From assembly GCF_006345805.1 (NCBI RefSeq), contig NC_043005.1, positions 46,562,001 through 46,626,000 on the forward strand: a DNA stretch of 64,000 nucleotides. Reading direction: 5' to 3'. Position numbers and translations under genes: made by a program. Positions within the stretch are counted from its first letter, which is position 1, and each line of letters begins with the position of its first letter. This document shows, in pieces, positions 27,180 through 41,477 of this stretch. The notes under the pieces are model-generated. The model did no database searches, had not been told where the DNA came from, and worked only from the letters and a program-made list of their open reading frames with translations. Source of the DNA: Octopus sinensis (Eukaryota).

Positions 27180-27984
27180 CAGGGTGCAATGGGTAAATTG
27201 TCGTAATCTTATACTTGTAATTTCACGCATTTGCATTGATGGTTTTTGATTTTTGTCGACTACACAGTATAGGAGGGTCAGTTGGGAACCGCCTGTGAGA
27301 AAAACAGCACCATGACACAATTCACTCTGCCAGAAATTTTGTAACGATATGTTGTACCGCTTGGCATTCGCGCCAGAATCTGCAATAGGAACATTATGGT
27401 GAAGACACAGAACAACCGTTGGCTTGCCGTGTACCCAGAACATGTACCAAGAGTGATAAAAATCAAACATCCAGTCAACATCATGTTGTTTGGATTCATC
27501 CCTAGTGATGATCACGTTATGCCTCCATTCATCTTCCCACACGACCACAGACTCAACACGGAGGCCTACTTCAAGTACCTGGGGGGGGGGAGGTATTACT
27601 GACCTGGGTCAAGAGGGTGCCTGCTGGAAGACCCTATGTCTGGCAACAGGACTCTGCGCCATGCTACATGAGAAGGAGAGCCCAGTCACAGCTGTCAGGC
27701 AATTTCTGCGACCACATCACTCCTAAAATCTGGCCACCTTACTCCCCAGACTGCAACCCTCTTGATTATTATGTGTGGGGCGCATTTGAGTGAGAGACCA
27801 GCAAAACTCCTTGTAACACCGAAGATGAACTGAAGGTAATGATTACGGCAACATTAACCAACTTAAACATTTAGTATTTCAACATATTTTAATGTAACTT
27901 TATTAAATATATCTGCTAAATTGAGATGTCAGAGTTATTTTCATTTTTGCGTAATTTAGACAACAATATATTCACCGCACCCAG
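27180..27984 (+). mobile_element. maT-like (DD37D-type Tc1/mariner) transposon, internally deleted
   Basis: Motifs KHPVNIMLFG, VMPPFIF, WQQDSAPC and WPPYSPDCNPLDYYVWG; degenerate TIRs CAGGGTGCAATGGGTAAATTG / CTGGGTGCGGTGAATATATTG; TA flanks. Confidence 0.8.
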
Positions 27985-28015
<31 letters not shown>

Positions 28016-28021
28016 TATATC

Positions 28022-28055
<34 letters not shown>

Positions 28056-28244
28056 GAAAGAATGGAGTTGAACGACGAACTAACAAAATTCTTTTATTTT
28101 CGACATATGTTTCGAAGGCTGCATATTCCTAATTGCGAAGGAATAAGGAGTATATTATGCCGCTTTCTCATCAGGAAAAGCAAGGAACTTATGTCAACAT
28201 CAAGATGCACAAAAAAACTTTTAGATGACTGCTCACACGGAGCC

Positions 28245-28283
<39 letters not shown>

Positions 28284-28289
28284 TCGATG

Positions 28290-28448
28290 AGTTTCTTTCA
28301 GTTTCCATATACCAACTCCACTCTCAAGGCTTTGATCGACTCGAGGCTATGGTAGGAGACACCTACCCAAGGTCACATGCATTGGGACTGAATACAGTAC
28401 CATTTCGTTGGGAAGCTAGCTTTCTACCACACAGCGACGCCTGCGCCT
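28290..28448 (-). mobile_element. SINE family A head fragment
   Basis: Reverse complement of AGGCGCAGGCGTCGCTGTGTGGTAGAAAGC...CCTTGGGTAGGTGTC. Confidence 0.7.
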
Positions 28449-28491
28449 ATATATAAATATATCTATATCTATGAAAAAAATAAATAAATGC

Positions 28492-28736
28492 GCCCTTTTA
28501 AAGCCTAGCCAGGCTCATGGGCCCGGTTTCCTGGTTTCAATACCGCATGTGTTCCCCACCTGGAGGGACGCCAGTCCATCGGAGCGTTACTCATTTTTGC
28601 CAGCTGAGTGGACTGCAGCAACGTGAAATGAAGTGCTTTGCTCAAGAACACAACGCGTCACCCGATCCAGGAATCGAAACCACAATCTTACGATCATGAT
28701 GTTGACACCCTAACCACTAAACCACGCACCTCCACA
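28492..28736 (-). mobile_element. SINE: V-like body plus tail type 1 variant
   Basis: ACTCATTTTTGCCAGCTGAGTGGACTG...GGAATCGAAACC...CCCTAACCACTAAACCAC. Confidence 0.85.
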
Positions 28737-29011
28737 TCTATATCTATATCTATATCTATATATATAAACATCCAACTCATTTTTTTGTAATTAGATATTA
28801 GGAATTGCATAAAAGCAAAGCTAAAATACTTTGTGCATTGCAGAACTATAAGCAATTTATTGCATATATACTTTAACAATAAAATCTTATATGGACCCTC
28901 AAAGGTCATATGGACCCCGATAGAGAAACACTAGCGAACAGAAACACACTGAGGAGTACATACCATGTACACATACACGCACAAACGCACGCATACACAC
29001 ACACACACACA

Positions 29012-29042
<31 letters not shown>

Positions 29043-29299
29043 CACTCTCACACACACACACACAACTGCTATATATACATTTGTGCACATACAGATATAT
29101 AATTAATTGGCTTATAGCCTGGGCGATTCACTCAAAAACAAAGAAAAAGATGTTTTCTCTCAACTCTATTGAAAGATAAAATAAAGTGTGCAATGGAGCT
29201 TTATCAAAAACAAAGCTGTATTGCAATATGTTATATTAACTATATTTCGATATCAAATAAACTTTAACGAAGACAGACCGTGTAGAAATACGAGAATTG

Positions 29300-29672
29300 G
29301 CGGCAATAGAAAAGCAACTACGAAAACAACAGCAACTACAACAGCGATAGCAAGAAGAGGAAGAAGATGAAGAAGAAGAAGTACAACAACAACAAGCAGT
29401 ATATGAACAAGAAGAAAAGGAAGAAGGAGACAAAGGCAGAAAAACGAATGACATAAAAGCTGAAGCTGTGATAAAATTTAACAAACTAGAAAAACATCAA
29501 ATGTATAAAGAAAAGAAATGAAAAGAAAAGAAAAGAAAAAGTAGAGACCTAAGACGTAAAAGAAGGAAAGGAAAAATAAAGATGGCGGGCGGGGGGGGAG
29601 ACAATCAAGTTAGAAAGCAATTAAATAAGAATGCGTGAAAAGAATACGAGTAGAAAGAAAAAGAAATACGAC

Positions 29673-29707
<35 letters not shown>

Positions 29708-29735
29708 TGATGATAATAATAATAATAATAATAAT

Positions 29736-29768
<33 letters not shown>

Positions 29769-30003
29769 GTAATAATAATATAACAAAATAAAAATAAAAA
29801 TAAATAATATTAATAATAATAGTATAATAATAATAATAATAATAATGAATAATAATAATAATAATACTTAATAATAATAATATTAATAATAATAGTAATA
29901 ATATATAATAATAATAATAGAATAATAATAATAATAATATATAATATTAATAATAATAATAATAATAATAATAAAAATGATATGATGATGAGATGATGAT
30001 GTG

Positions 30004-30035
<32 letters not shown>

Positions 30036-30808
30036 GATGATGATAGTGATAATAATAATAATAATAATAACGACAGCAACACTAGAACAATCAGAAATGA
30101 TAAATAAAAGAAAGACGGAGAGGCAAAGTGTGGTGGTCAAAACTCGTAAGTGATAAATAAAAATCCATTAAACAAAGCTTGAAAAGAAATAAAAGGAAAA
30201 TCACACAATGCATTTTCCAGACAAAACCAATATAAGCTAAGTCGGTCGGGGAGATTATCGATTAAGTGATTATTGAACTGAACGGAAGACAATAATGAGG
30301 GCGGTGGTGGTGGTGGTGGTGGCGGTAGTGGTGGTGGCTGTGGTGGCGTTAGTGACAGTAGTAGCAATAGTGGTGGTAGTAATGGTAATGGTGGTGGTGA
30401 CGGTGGGGGTGGAGGTGGAGGAGGAGGAGGAAATGAATGTAATGTTCGTGGTGACGAGTTTCGTGAAAGACAAAACCTTCGGCATGATGCTCTCGATCAC
30501 TCATTAGCCCCCTGTGCTAAAAGAAACCACAAACATGAGACAGTATGTATGTGTGTATGTATGTATGTATGTATGTATGTATGTATGTATGTATGTATGT
30601 ATGTATGTATGTATGTACGTACGTTTGCATGTATGTATTTATGTATGTATGTATGTATGTATGAGTGTATGTATGTTTGTATGTGTATATGTATGATATA
30701 TATATATATATACATATATGTGTGTGCATAAATATATATATATATACATACATACATATGTATATATATATATATATATAATATATATATATAATATATA
30801 TTACATAC

Positions 30809-30840
<32 letters not shown>

Positions 30841-31013
30841 TAAATGAGATAAGCGGGATCACTATATATCCATTATCCCTTTTAGTAAGTCTCTGTTCAT
30901 GAAATAAAACCTAATCTCCCCACATCGCTAACGTTCTCTTCATGGTCATCGTCGTCGTCGTCGCCGTCGTCATCGTCGCCGTACTCTTCCTCATCCTCAT
31001 TGTCACCACCACC

Positions 31014-31047
<34 letters not shown>

Positions 31048-31070
31048 TCATCATCTCATCATCATCAATA
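29300..31070. repeat. Compound tri- and tetranucleotide microsatellite field (AAC, GAA, AAT, GAT, GGT, TATG, GTC/CAC/CAT)
   Basis: Direct reading; source of the poly-I/L/S/V/T/M ORFs. Confidence 0.95.
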
Positions 31071-31559
31071 TAGAAGAACAGTAAACAATAGGGGCATATG
31101 TATATCAAACGAACTCTCAAACTTGATAGCAGTTGAAGAAAATATGACTAAAAATCGTTGCCGTGTAGATGGGTATTAAAACTACACAAGTAGAAGTAAT
31201 TTCCTCCAAGTAATCGTTATGTTTATAGAGGAGGCTCTTTCTAAAGAAGTGTAAAAAGAATAAATTTAAATAACGAAGGATAGATTTCAGAACAATAGAT
31301 AATCACATAGATTTGTATAGATATTTCAGTGTAAGTGCATGCATGTATATTCTGCCTACAACGATGGGAATATGAAAGAAGAACGAACGAAAGCGTACGA
31401 CAAAATGGTGGAAGGCAAGATTTGTTTGTTTGGAATCAAATCAAATCACTGTTTGAGATTAAGAAAATCTTTTCTTAATATTCGACTGCGGCTATAGATA
31501 TAGATTTTCATTTTTATCTTTTATCCTTTTCTTTCTTTATGTGATTAAATGTCTATCTG

Positions 31560-32050
31560 TATAAATACTACATGCATACATACGTACATACATGCATACA
31601 TACATACGTACGTACGTACATTCATATGTACCTACCTACTCACACGCACACATATACTTTATATAAATATATATGAATATGATATGAATATAAATATAGT
31701 ATAAATGTGTGTGTGTATATATATATATATATATAATATATATATATATAATATATATATATATATATGTATATGTATATATATGTATATGTATATATAT
31801 TATATATATATATATATATTATATATGTATATGTATATATATGTATATATATATGCATCTGTATTGTGTAAACTGATATAGATGTGTATACATATATATA
31901 ATGTGTTAGTCGATATAGGTATCTGCGTGTGCGTATATATATATATATATATGTGTGTGTGTATGTGTGTATGTGCGTGTATTATGTATGCATTTGTACA
32001 CATGTATGCATACATACTGACGCACACACTAACGCACACACACACACACA

Positions 32051-32081
<31 letters not shown>

Positions 32082-32291
32082 GGTATAAGTGACGTTTTAT
32101 ATTTCACAAATGTATTTATCAATCTCTCACATACTGATATGTCTGTATTTTCTTGCAGACATATTTTATCAATATATAAAGATATATTTCATTGAATTAC
32201 ATACATGTATGTATGTTTTTGTGATTGTATATACTTGTATATATTCTAAAATGTACGCATGCCCTCTCTATCTCTCTCTCTTTATGTATAT

Positions 32292-32329
<38 letters not shown>

Positions 32330-32386
32330 GATATATATATATATATCTATATATATATATATTGTATATATGTATATGTATATGTA

Positions 32387-32436
<50 letters not shown>

Positions 32437-32964
32437 ATATGTATGTATATATATACATATTGTATATATATGTGTGTGTGTGTCTGTATATATACATATT
32501 CATATATGTAGACAAACACGTACGCGCACACACACATATGCATGCACTCATACACACGCACTCTTATAGTGATTTTGAACGTAATACCACTTGCATTTCT
32601 AAACTTGCCTCGCCAATTTATACTTATATACACGCTTCACTAGAATAGAAAGAGATCAATTCAGAGATAATAGTATATATACATTCATATATACATACAT
32701 ACAAACATACATATATGCATACATACATACATGCATGCATATATACATACATACATGCATACATACATATGTACACAAGAAATACATACATGCATATGTA
32801 TATATGTGTGTGTATACACGTATGTATGTAGGTATGTATGCATGTATGCATGAATATATGTAGGTATGTATGTATATGTGTTTATATTTATGTGTATGTA
32901 TATGTTTGTATGTATATGTATGTATATATGCATGTATGTATGCATGTATGTATGTATATATATA

Positions 32965-33015
<51 letters not shown>

Positions 33016-33040
33016 ACATATACTTACATATATATGTATT
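31560..33040. repeat. Compound (TA)/(TATG)/(CA) microsatellite field
   Basis: Direct reading. Confidence 0.95.
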
Positions 33041-34081
33041 TATGTATATTCTTAAATCACACAGCCAAGTCAACAGCGGCGGGGCGGGGAATAAAAGCTG
33101 GAATTGTGGAAAGAATCTGACAAGAAGAGAGAAAAAAATATATATGTATATCCCAACACCTTAAATAAGAAGAAAAGAATAAAATCTGTTGGCTAGTCGG
33201 GAGATTTGAGACTGATAGGTGTACGTCTAATCAGAAGTGATATAGTCCATCGGCAGATGAAGCATGATAACCGGATTTTATTAGCAGTCTAAGAACCATT
33301 TTTGTATTTATGGTAGGACAACTTCGATTATATTCAATGTTTTTGAATTGTGAGAGCTTCTTAGAAATACAAGAACAGTGTCACAACTTATTCATGTTCT
33401 TTCTTGTATATTTTGAGTTAAGCATATCAGAAAAACGATCTATATATTGTAGAAAACATGTTAGTGACATTATTGAACCTTCGAATAGTTTAGATTTGTT
33501 ATAAACACCACGGAGTGACGTGTGTCTGATATAAATCAGTGCTTGCATGCAAGATTATGTATTTTTTAACTAGCTATTTGTAAACGTTGTATATAGATCT
33601 CTTTGAATTACTACATGAATGATTGGAGACCTTTTTAACCCAACTCGTTGAGATTTTCAGCTCCTTAGTTTATGTGATACTATGTTCCCCTCTCCCAAAA
33701 CACAACAGACTCCACATGACTTCATGGCGGACGGTATTGCAACCGAATGTAATCCCTAGTCAACTGCTAGACCAACAGATATACATATGTGTGTGTGTAT
33801 GTGTGTGTATACAACACTACCGACTACCACTCACTGACTTTCTGTGACTAGTACTTAGTGACAGGCCGAAGCAAAATAACCAGTGATCACGGGAAATCGC
33901 AGGTTTATATTAGATTATCCCTTCTTTCTTAGAAGGATGCTGTGACAACAACTAGGGGACCGTCACACCCGATGGATTTACTCCGCACACTGACACCAAC
34001 CAAAGGTACTGTTGCATTACCACGCTTAGATGAATTGTCATCACATAATGCTAGTTAACCCATAGCTAGAACCCTGACACG

Positions 34082-34145
<64 letters not shown>

Positions 34146-34284
34146 GGAAACACCAGTGGTTAAGAGGTGGTTCTGCACACCTCCAAAATCCCGAGGCTAA
34201 ACCCTGATTTTCGAGCCAATGCCCCGCTACCGGATGCATTTTGAAGTCATAACCAGGACGTAGAGATATTTGTTTAGGTAAATC

Positions 34285-34523
34285 TTTAGGTAAAGTTACC
34301 TTTTCGAGTCATATAGACTTATAAAAGACGGTTTCCTGGTTTCCATGGCGTATATATTCCCCACCTGGACGAGACGTCGGTCCGTGACAGCGTTACTCCT
34401 TTTTGCCAGCTGAGTGAAATGAAGTGTTTTTCTCAAGAACACAGCTCGTCACCCGATCCAGGTGAGTCCAACACCCTACGATCATGAGTCCAACACCCTA
34501 ACAACTAAGGCACGCGCCTACAC
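34285..34523 (-). mobile_element. SINE: V-like body plus tail type 1, with a small internal duplication
   Basis: GAGTCCAACACCCTA appears twice at ~34464-34500, in place of the B-box region. Confidence 0.75.
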
Positions 34524-34829
34524 TTAGACGTCCATTTTCTCACTTGTCATTCCATCTCCGGGACGTCCTATATCGGCGGAAGTGTGGCGAAGAGTTTGTC
34601 ACCTATGCTGCAGACCATGCAAGTCTGCAACGGGACTGAGAAGTCTTTTGAGAGATTACAGATAGAAAGTTAGAAAGGCCATTGATAGCGTGGAAGCACA
34701 ATGAAACGACAGTCATCTGTGAAGATGAAGCAACCACCATTTATATATATAGGCAGACAGATGTATGTATGAATGTTCATATATCTGTATAAATAGGTAT
34801 GTATACACACATACACACACACACACACT

Positions 34830-34873
<44 letters not shown>

Positions 34874-34944
34874 GTATGTATGTATATGTATATATATACA
34901 TGTATATGTATATATAATATGCGTATATATATATATATATATAT

Positions 34945-34976
<32 letters not shown>

Positions 34977-37936
34977 ATTCATTAAGTTAAAGGTGATTAT
35001 CTGCTGTATATATTTATATTTCACTTCTATTGAGTATGCTTTTTTTCTTTTATTAGCCGGCATGGCCCATTTTTTTAATCATTGGCAATGAATTGTAAAA
35101 ATTTTGAATTATTAGAAATAAAGTTCTATGCTAACTGAAATCAAATATGAACTAATGATCTTAATTTTTCTCTCGCTGTTCACAGATTTCAGAATCCGAT
35201 TTTTGGGCAGTTTTTACATTAATGGCTACGAGTATTATAATATCCCATACAATATATTACCTATATGTACATCGACACTGTGCACAGAGATCCATGCATA
35301 TCCGCAGAGATGTATCAAGCAAATGTTCAGCATATAATTGAATATTTTCTAAAACTTTTTCACAAATTTTTGCCACATTTTGATAATATAAACTGTACCA
35401 GCAAACTGCAATGTCTTGAATAACTGAATATCGTTTCATGGACGTCTTTCGCCTCGCTACTGAGGCCGTAATTTCAAATGAAACGGTATCAGGTCTGAGA
35501 AACAAACTATGTATCGACGGATTATCTCCTGTGTATCTTAGAAGGTTGCAAATATACGCGCAAAATTTATTCACTAAAACTTTTCTCATACGAAAAGCTT
35601 GAAGTATCTTGTGATGTTTTCCCTTCTCTCCCTACTTTTTAGTATTATGTTTGTAAAACGCATCATGTAAGAACATATATTAAACCTAATTTCTGTGAAA
35701 CTATCAAATGAAACATTTGTAATGTGAAAGTATATTTTTGCATTTTTATTTTCGTGTACATAAATGCATAGAACAAATCTATTTGCTACACATCTTAAAA
35801 ATTAAATTTACTTTATTTAAACAAGTAGCATATATATATATATATATATAAATCTGACACATTTTCAAACCTTTCTCAGTGTCTTTCCTCCATCCACCCA
35901 TCCGTTCGTCCACCCGTTTGTCCGTCCGTCCCCTCCGTCTGTTCGTCCGTCTCTCCGTTCTTGTGTGTGTGTGTGTGTGTGTGCATTAAATACCAAGTAG
36001 TCAGAATGGGAACATTTTAGAGCGATAATATAATGTTATATAAGTCCAAATAACATTTGAAAATAATATTGAGTTGCTGAAATAATCACATATATATTTT
36101 CCTTCTTCTGAGATATATACGCGTCCATATCCCCTAAGGATTCGCAAAAGTTTTAATCTTTATGTTCATCCTAGTTTTGAAACTGTTAATACACTCACAT
36201 CTGTGCTTGCATACGTAGACATACAAATATAATACACAAATGTGCGTTATATTGGACTTGTGAATGACGAATATAATTCTTCTAAACGCGAGACATGAAA
36301 ATGCTCTAATTTTTCTAACTCAATGAAAGAACATTAAGTGGCACAACAACTGTTCATGTGATAAACATGGAATTGAGTTAAAGAACTCAAATCAGAAAAT
36401 ATTACACAAACAATTATGCATGTTATACGTTATCCAATCTGGACGTTGCAACATCAGTCGATTTTAAGAGAAGAAACTTTATAGTTGCAGTCTTTTGGCT
36501 TAGAAGGCACACCCGGCCATTTGGGGCCGCTATATCATACAAGACGAAAGCATAAAACAAATCGAACGAATTTGATTGTGGACTTGTAATCCTCTTTTCT
36601 AAGGCAGAAATAAATATATATTCTGTTATCCGTTTTTTTCTTTCTACTGATTTTTTTTCTTCTTTGCTATTCATAGGTACAATTTTACATTTGTGTGTAT
36701 AGAGAATAGCTTTTCTTTCAAGCATATACTTTTCAAATCATGATTTGTATCCCATTTTTCTCTCTCCTTCACTATATTTTTTTTATTAGGCATCTTTCAT
36801 ATTTCTTTCGTATAGTGTTTTATATTTCGTTTGGAGCAATAAAGTCGCGAGGTCAATCAACGTTTCGAGACCGTCTTCTGGATCAAGTAGTTATGAGTGG
36901 CATTTATTATTGCCGTTTTATTATGGGAAAGAATAATGTGAATTATTGGGTGTTAAAAGCGGTGTCGTTATCGGTGGATTTGAATATTTTTGACTGCCGA
37001 TGTTAGATTTCTTTCTGCAATCAGGAACTATTCTTTACTGATCTTTTTCTTTCTTTTTTTTGCAAGGGTGCATTATATGTGTGTCAAGTTTTGTCTTTTG
37101 CTATTATTATAGCTTCCATGACTAATCTAATTTACTGAGGAATTCTATATAAGATGGTCGTATTGTCAACTCTTGTTTTTCTCTCTAGCCTGCAAATTTG
37201 AATAATTTCATATGCCATAGAGAGGCGAAGTATTTGTGTTGCAAGCAAAGCCATTTATCGGAGAGAATATTCTTTCAGCATTTATGATAGCAGTTAATCT
37301 ATAGGTTTGAAGAATGTACAGAGGTGGAGAGAGATAAGCGGCAAGGCTAAAGAAAAGGATGGAGCAATCAAGCGAAAACTTGTTGAGAGAAGACTGATTT
37401 TTTTTTTATCTCCAAGAAGGACTTCCTCGAAATATCAGTTTTCTCATCTCCCTTTCACTTTCAAACTTATAAAAAAAAATGACTGTAACCTTTACTTTGC
37501 CATGAAGACCACTGTTAGTTTCTCTATCCAGTTTTTATCGTGTTGTATATGACACTATAGCGTATTGGTTCTTTATTGTAAAGGCATATCCAAACGTCTA
37601 AAAGTACAAGAGTCGTACATGAACGTCTAAAGTAATACATAAGAAGTTATGTTTAAGACATTTGTGTTCGCCTACGCATTTATCATCCGAAGTCATTCGA
37701 AGTGAATTTAATTGGTCTGCGAGCTTTTGAATTTTTCGTAATGAAGACATATCCATTTTAATGTGTTTTGCTTATAAATTAATAATGATTGGAGTATAAT
37801 GTACGTTACGTTTTGTTTGATAAGTTCTCAGATAATGTGTTCATTTATTGTGTAGCCAAAGCGCATTTGAGGATCGATTCGTTGGTTATTACGAAACATT
37901 GGCATTGCGTTTGTTGAATTTACTCTCTTGAATTAC

Positions 37937-37970
<34 letters not shown>

Positions 37971-37972
37971 AT

Positions 37973-38385
37973 AGGGCAGGAATGGGTGTGTGGTAAGTAG
38001 CTTGCTTACCAACCACATGGTTCCGGGTTCAGTCCCACTGCGTGGCATCTTGGGCAAGTGTCGTCTACTATAGCCTCGGGCCGACCAAAGCCTTGTGAGT
38101 GGATTTGGTAGACGGAAACTGAAAGAAGCCTGTCGTATATATGTATATATATATGTGTGTGTGTGCGTTTGTGTGTCTGTGTTTGTCCCCCCAACATCGC
38201 TTGACAACCGATGCTGGTGTGTTTACGTCGCCGTCACTTAGCGGTTCGGCAAAAGAGACCGATAGAATAAGTACTAGGCTTACAAAGAATAATTCCTGGG
38301 GTCGATTTGCTCGACTAAAGGTGATGCTCCAGCATGGTCACAGTCAAATGACTGAAACAGGTAAAAGAGTAAAAGAGGATATATT
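37973..38385 (+). mobile_element. SINE family A, near-consensus full length
   Basis: Full family A consensus including the GAGTAAAA-type 3' tail. Confidence 0.9.
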
Positions 38386-39229
38386 ACTGTAAAATCTACA
38401 AACGACAAATTCGCAATAAAATCTGCTTGAGTAATTGCCAAATCTTCACATTTTTAGTCTTGTCCCAATGCTTATTTTTTTACATAATGAATTTGCCTAC
38501 CATATATACTATTCTACTTTGCATAAAACTTTAGCTATATTGGTACTTCTGACTCAGTTTTCAAGTATTTTAAAATAGAGACTGGTTTTCATGTGTTCAT
38601 TACATATAATGATCATTGATGATGAGCGTTAAAAATGGTTAACAGATGTAATATTGATGTAAAATATATATAATATATTATAATATGATATGATATACTA
38701 ATTAAATGATGTAAACGGATGTTAAGTTTTCTATACGTAGTAATGTATTGGTATTTCACTATAAATTCAATGAAGCACGTTTCTCATAAATATATCGTTG
38801 AAATTCTTATAATAATTTATGAAACTAAATTTGAAATACAACATATTATCTTAATAGTAATTACAACATTAGTGTACTTAGTTTTAATATCAATTATCTA
38901 TAAATAGTATCTGGCAATGTCGAGGTTTTGATTTTGCTTACAAAGTTTATATTGATTAGATTTACGCACAAACATTGGTGACGCAACACTATTACATGAT
39001 AATTAACTAGCAGTTTTGATACCTCATAATTTTTTTTTGTCTTCAGTATTTTTAACAAACGCTTCATGAATACAGTTCTATATTTGAGACATGAGGAATT
39101 ATGTACAATTTTTACATTTGACAGATATTTGTACTCATCTTGTTTGTTGTTAACACAACGTGTCGGCCTTTAACAAGTTAATTTTTGTTGTTGTTATTAT
39201 TATTATTATTGTTATAATTATTATTAAGG

Positions 39230-39303
39230 ACACTGCCTATCGAACTCGGAATCTTGAGAGTAGTAGCCCGCGATCTTAATCACTACGCCATATGCCCGTG
39301 GGC
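39230..39303 (-). promoter_or_regulatory. tRNA-like (Pol III type 2) module inside the Penelope 3' region
   Basis: Minus strand GGGCATATGGCGTAGTGATTAAGATCGCGGG...GAGTTCGAT, resembling A and B boxes, followed by an (AAT)n tract. Confidence 0.6.
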
Positions 39304-40855
39304 AATTATGAAGTGAATTTTGGGGCTTATAAATCTAATATTTTCCTAGTGTTCCTTAATACCAGTTCCCATATGCTACTCATATCTGCACTAGGTCTGC
39401 TTAGGAGGTTATTATGTCCTTGGATAGGTGCTGCCTCTTTTAGTTTTCGTATTCACTGTCTATTATTTTAAATTCATCTCACAGGGGAAGGTAGTCTCCG
39501 TTTTTCCATACATGATCAGCTAAGCTCGATTTATCAATATCTCCTCGTGTCACAGCTTTGCAATATTCCTCTACTCTTATTTTGAGGGGACGGCGTGTTT
39601 CGTCTTGGTATAACCTACCACAGCTTGAAGGGATGGAGTACAGGCAGTTTTTGGTCATATTTTCGGTGGTTTTAATCGAAGGAGATATTTGCGAAGTGTT
39701 GTATTACTCTTGAATACTGTCCTGACGTCAAATGGGCCGCATATCTTTTGTATCTTTTCAGAGAGGCCTTTCACATAGGGTAAATAGACTGTGGTCAGTT
39801 TATGGGTTTCATCTTCTCTTCTTTTCCTAATTGGAGTGGATAGTATGTTTTTGGGCGGTTGTTGTTTAATAGATTGTTACTTAGTTTGATCATTTCTTCG
39901 TGGTGTATATCAGGATCGCTACTTATATCCTTTGCTTGATGTTTTAGGCACTGAGCAATTCCTCTCTTTACACTGTATGGACGGTGGGGATTGAAGTTGA
40001 GGTATCGTCCAGTGAAGGTTCGCTTGCGCTATACGGATGTCCTGGGTCCATACTTGGTGCGTGTTATTAATACGTCCAGGAATGCTTGTTAATTGTCTTT
40101 TTCCTTTTCTATTGTGAACTGTATGGATGGCTTTATTTGAGTTCACACGATCTAACAGTACTTCGACACCTTTCTGGTGGGGCCAGAGTATAAAAGTGTC
40201 ATCAACATATCGCAGCCATAGGGTTGGTTTTAGTGGTGTTGATCCTAAAGCCAAATTCTCAAAGTAATCCATGTAAATATTGGCTATTATCGGTGATAAT
40301 GGCGAACCCATAGCTAAACCCTCTTCATGTCGATATATACCAGTGTCCATTCTGAAGTAGGTAGTTTCTACACAAAAGGTCAACATTTCCATCAAGTTTT
40401 CTGTTGGTGTACTAGTGCGTTTTTTTTTTTGATAGGTGACTTTTACCAGTTTTTCTTGAATCACTGATAGTGCTTCATCAGTTGGGACTTTGCTGAACAA
40501 TCTTAACAGATCTAGACTCACCATATGGTTGGATCCAGTGGGGCTATCCTTGATCAGTTCTGTGAAGTGGATGGAATTCTTCACGTACAATGTTGACTTT
40601 CCTGCTAATGGACTGATTACATCCACAAAGAAGCGGCTCAGTCAATGACATGCTAAACCTCCACAGCTCACAAAAGGTCTTAATGGAATACCATCCTTGT
40701 GAATCTTAGGGATACCATACATGTGTGGTAGCTTACTGTAGTGTTAAGTCAGTTGTCTGTACTTCATTGGTGTAAAGTGATCCTTGTTCTTGATCAAGAT
40801 CTGTAACAACTTCCTCTCTGTTAGGAATGAGAACCCAGGTTCGAAATTTCCCCAG

Positions 40856-40901
40856 GACACCCGATGAAGGCTGGAGTGTACATCATACGAAACGTTGTGT
40901 T
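40856..40901 (+). ncRNA. Minimal type I hammerhead ribozyme in the Penelope pLTR, degenerate
   Basis: Stem I GACAC/GTGTT; core CCGATGA (U4C); weakened stem II GGCTG...CATAC; GAAA followed by the palindrome AACGTT. Confidence 0.6.
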
Positions 40902-41442
40902 AACAACAAGCAAGATGAGGACAAAGATCTGTCAAATGTAAATAATGTAAATAATGTACTTGATGAACGTTATCACCTTCTCCCTCACTCTCTCCGTCTT
41001 AACATCTTTCTTTCTCACTCGCTTTATCTCTCTCTCCCTCCCTATAACATCTATTTCGCCCTAACTACCACATCACCACCAATAAAAACTATCATTTATT
41101 ACATATGCACGCGCACAAATATATCAAACGTATTTGTTTGTACGCATATGTATGAAAATAAGGTTTTTTTTTTAAACAACGCACACATTAACAAACGCAA
41201 ACACGTGAGTCTGTCGTAGGTAAACTACCACGTTGAAATGTAACTTCCTTTTAGGAATTCTTCCCTGGTGAAATACTCAGTTAACCAGTTTCAACATGAA
41301 AATTTAAATTAACATGATTTCATTTCTATAATTGAGCCAATTGGATATAGAAACGGCTGTAGGATAGGAATTTCATTATATGGTTTTTAATATCTTTGAA
41401 TAGACTGATGTTTGCATGTCAATTTCTCCATTTTCTTCCTCT

Positions 41443-41477
<35 letters not shown>

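Larger units (their letters stand above)
39071..40960 (-). mobile_element. Penelope-like retroelement (Poseidon-type RT + GIY-YIG), 5'-truncated, with an inverted pLTR copy at its 5' end
   Basis: RT motifs YGIPKIHKDGIPLRP, GLAMGSPLSPIIANIYM and WLRYVDDTF (ORF 39919-40626); nuclease remnant CLYSIPSSCGRLYQDETRRPLKIRVEE at ~39570-39650; ACGTTGTGTTAACAACAA...GATGAG.ACAAA.ATCTGTCAAATGTAAA on minus at ~39110-39170 and on plus at ~40892-40945. Confidence 0.9.

Noticed and set aside
36856-36885. Hammerhead-like CAGAAGA...GAAACGUU on the minus strand
   Set aside because: Core mismatch and no workable stem II; at best a relic.
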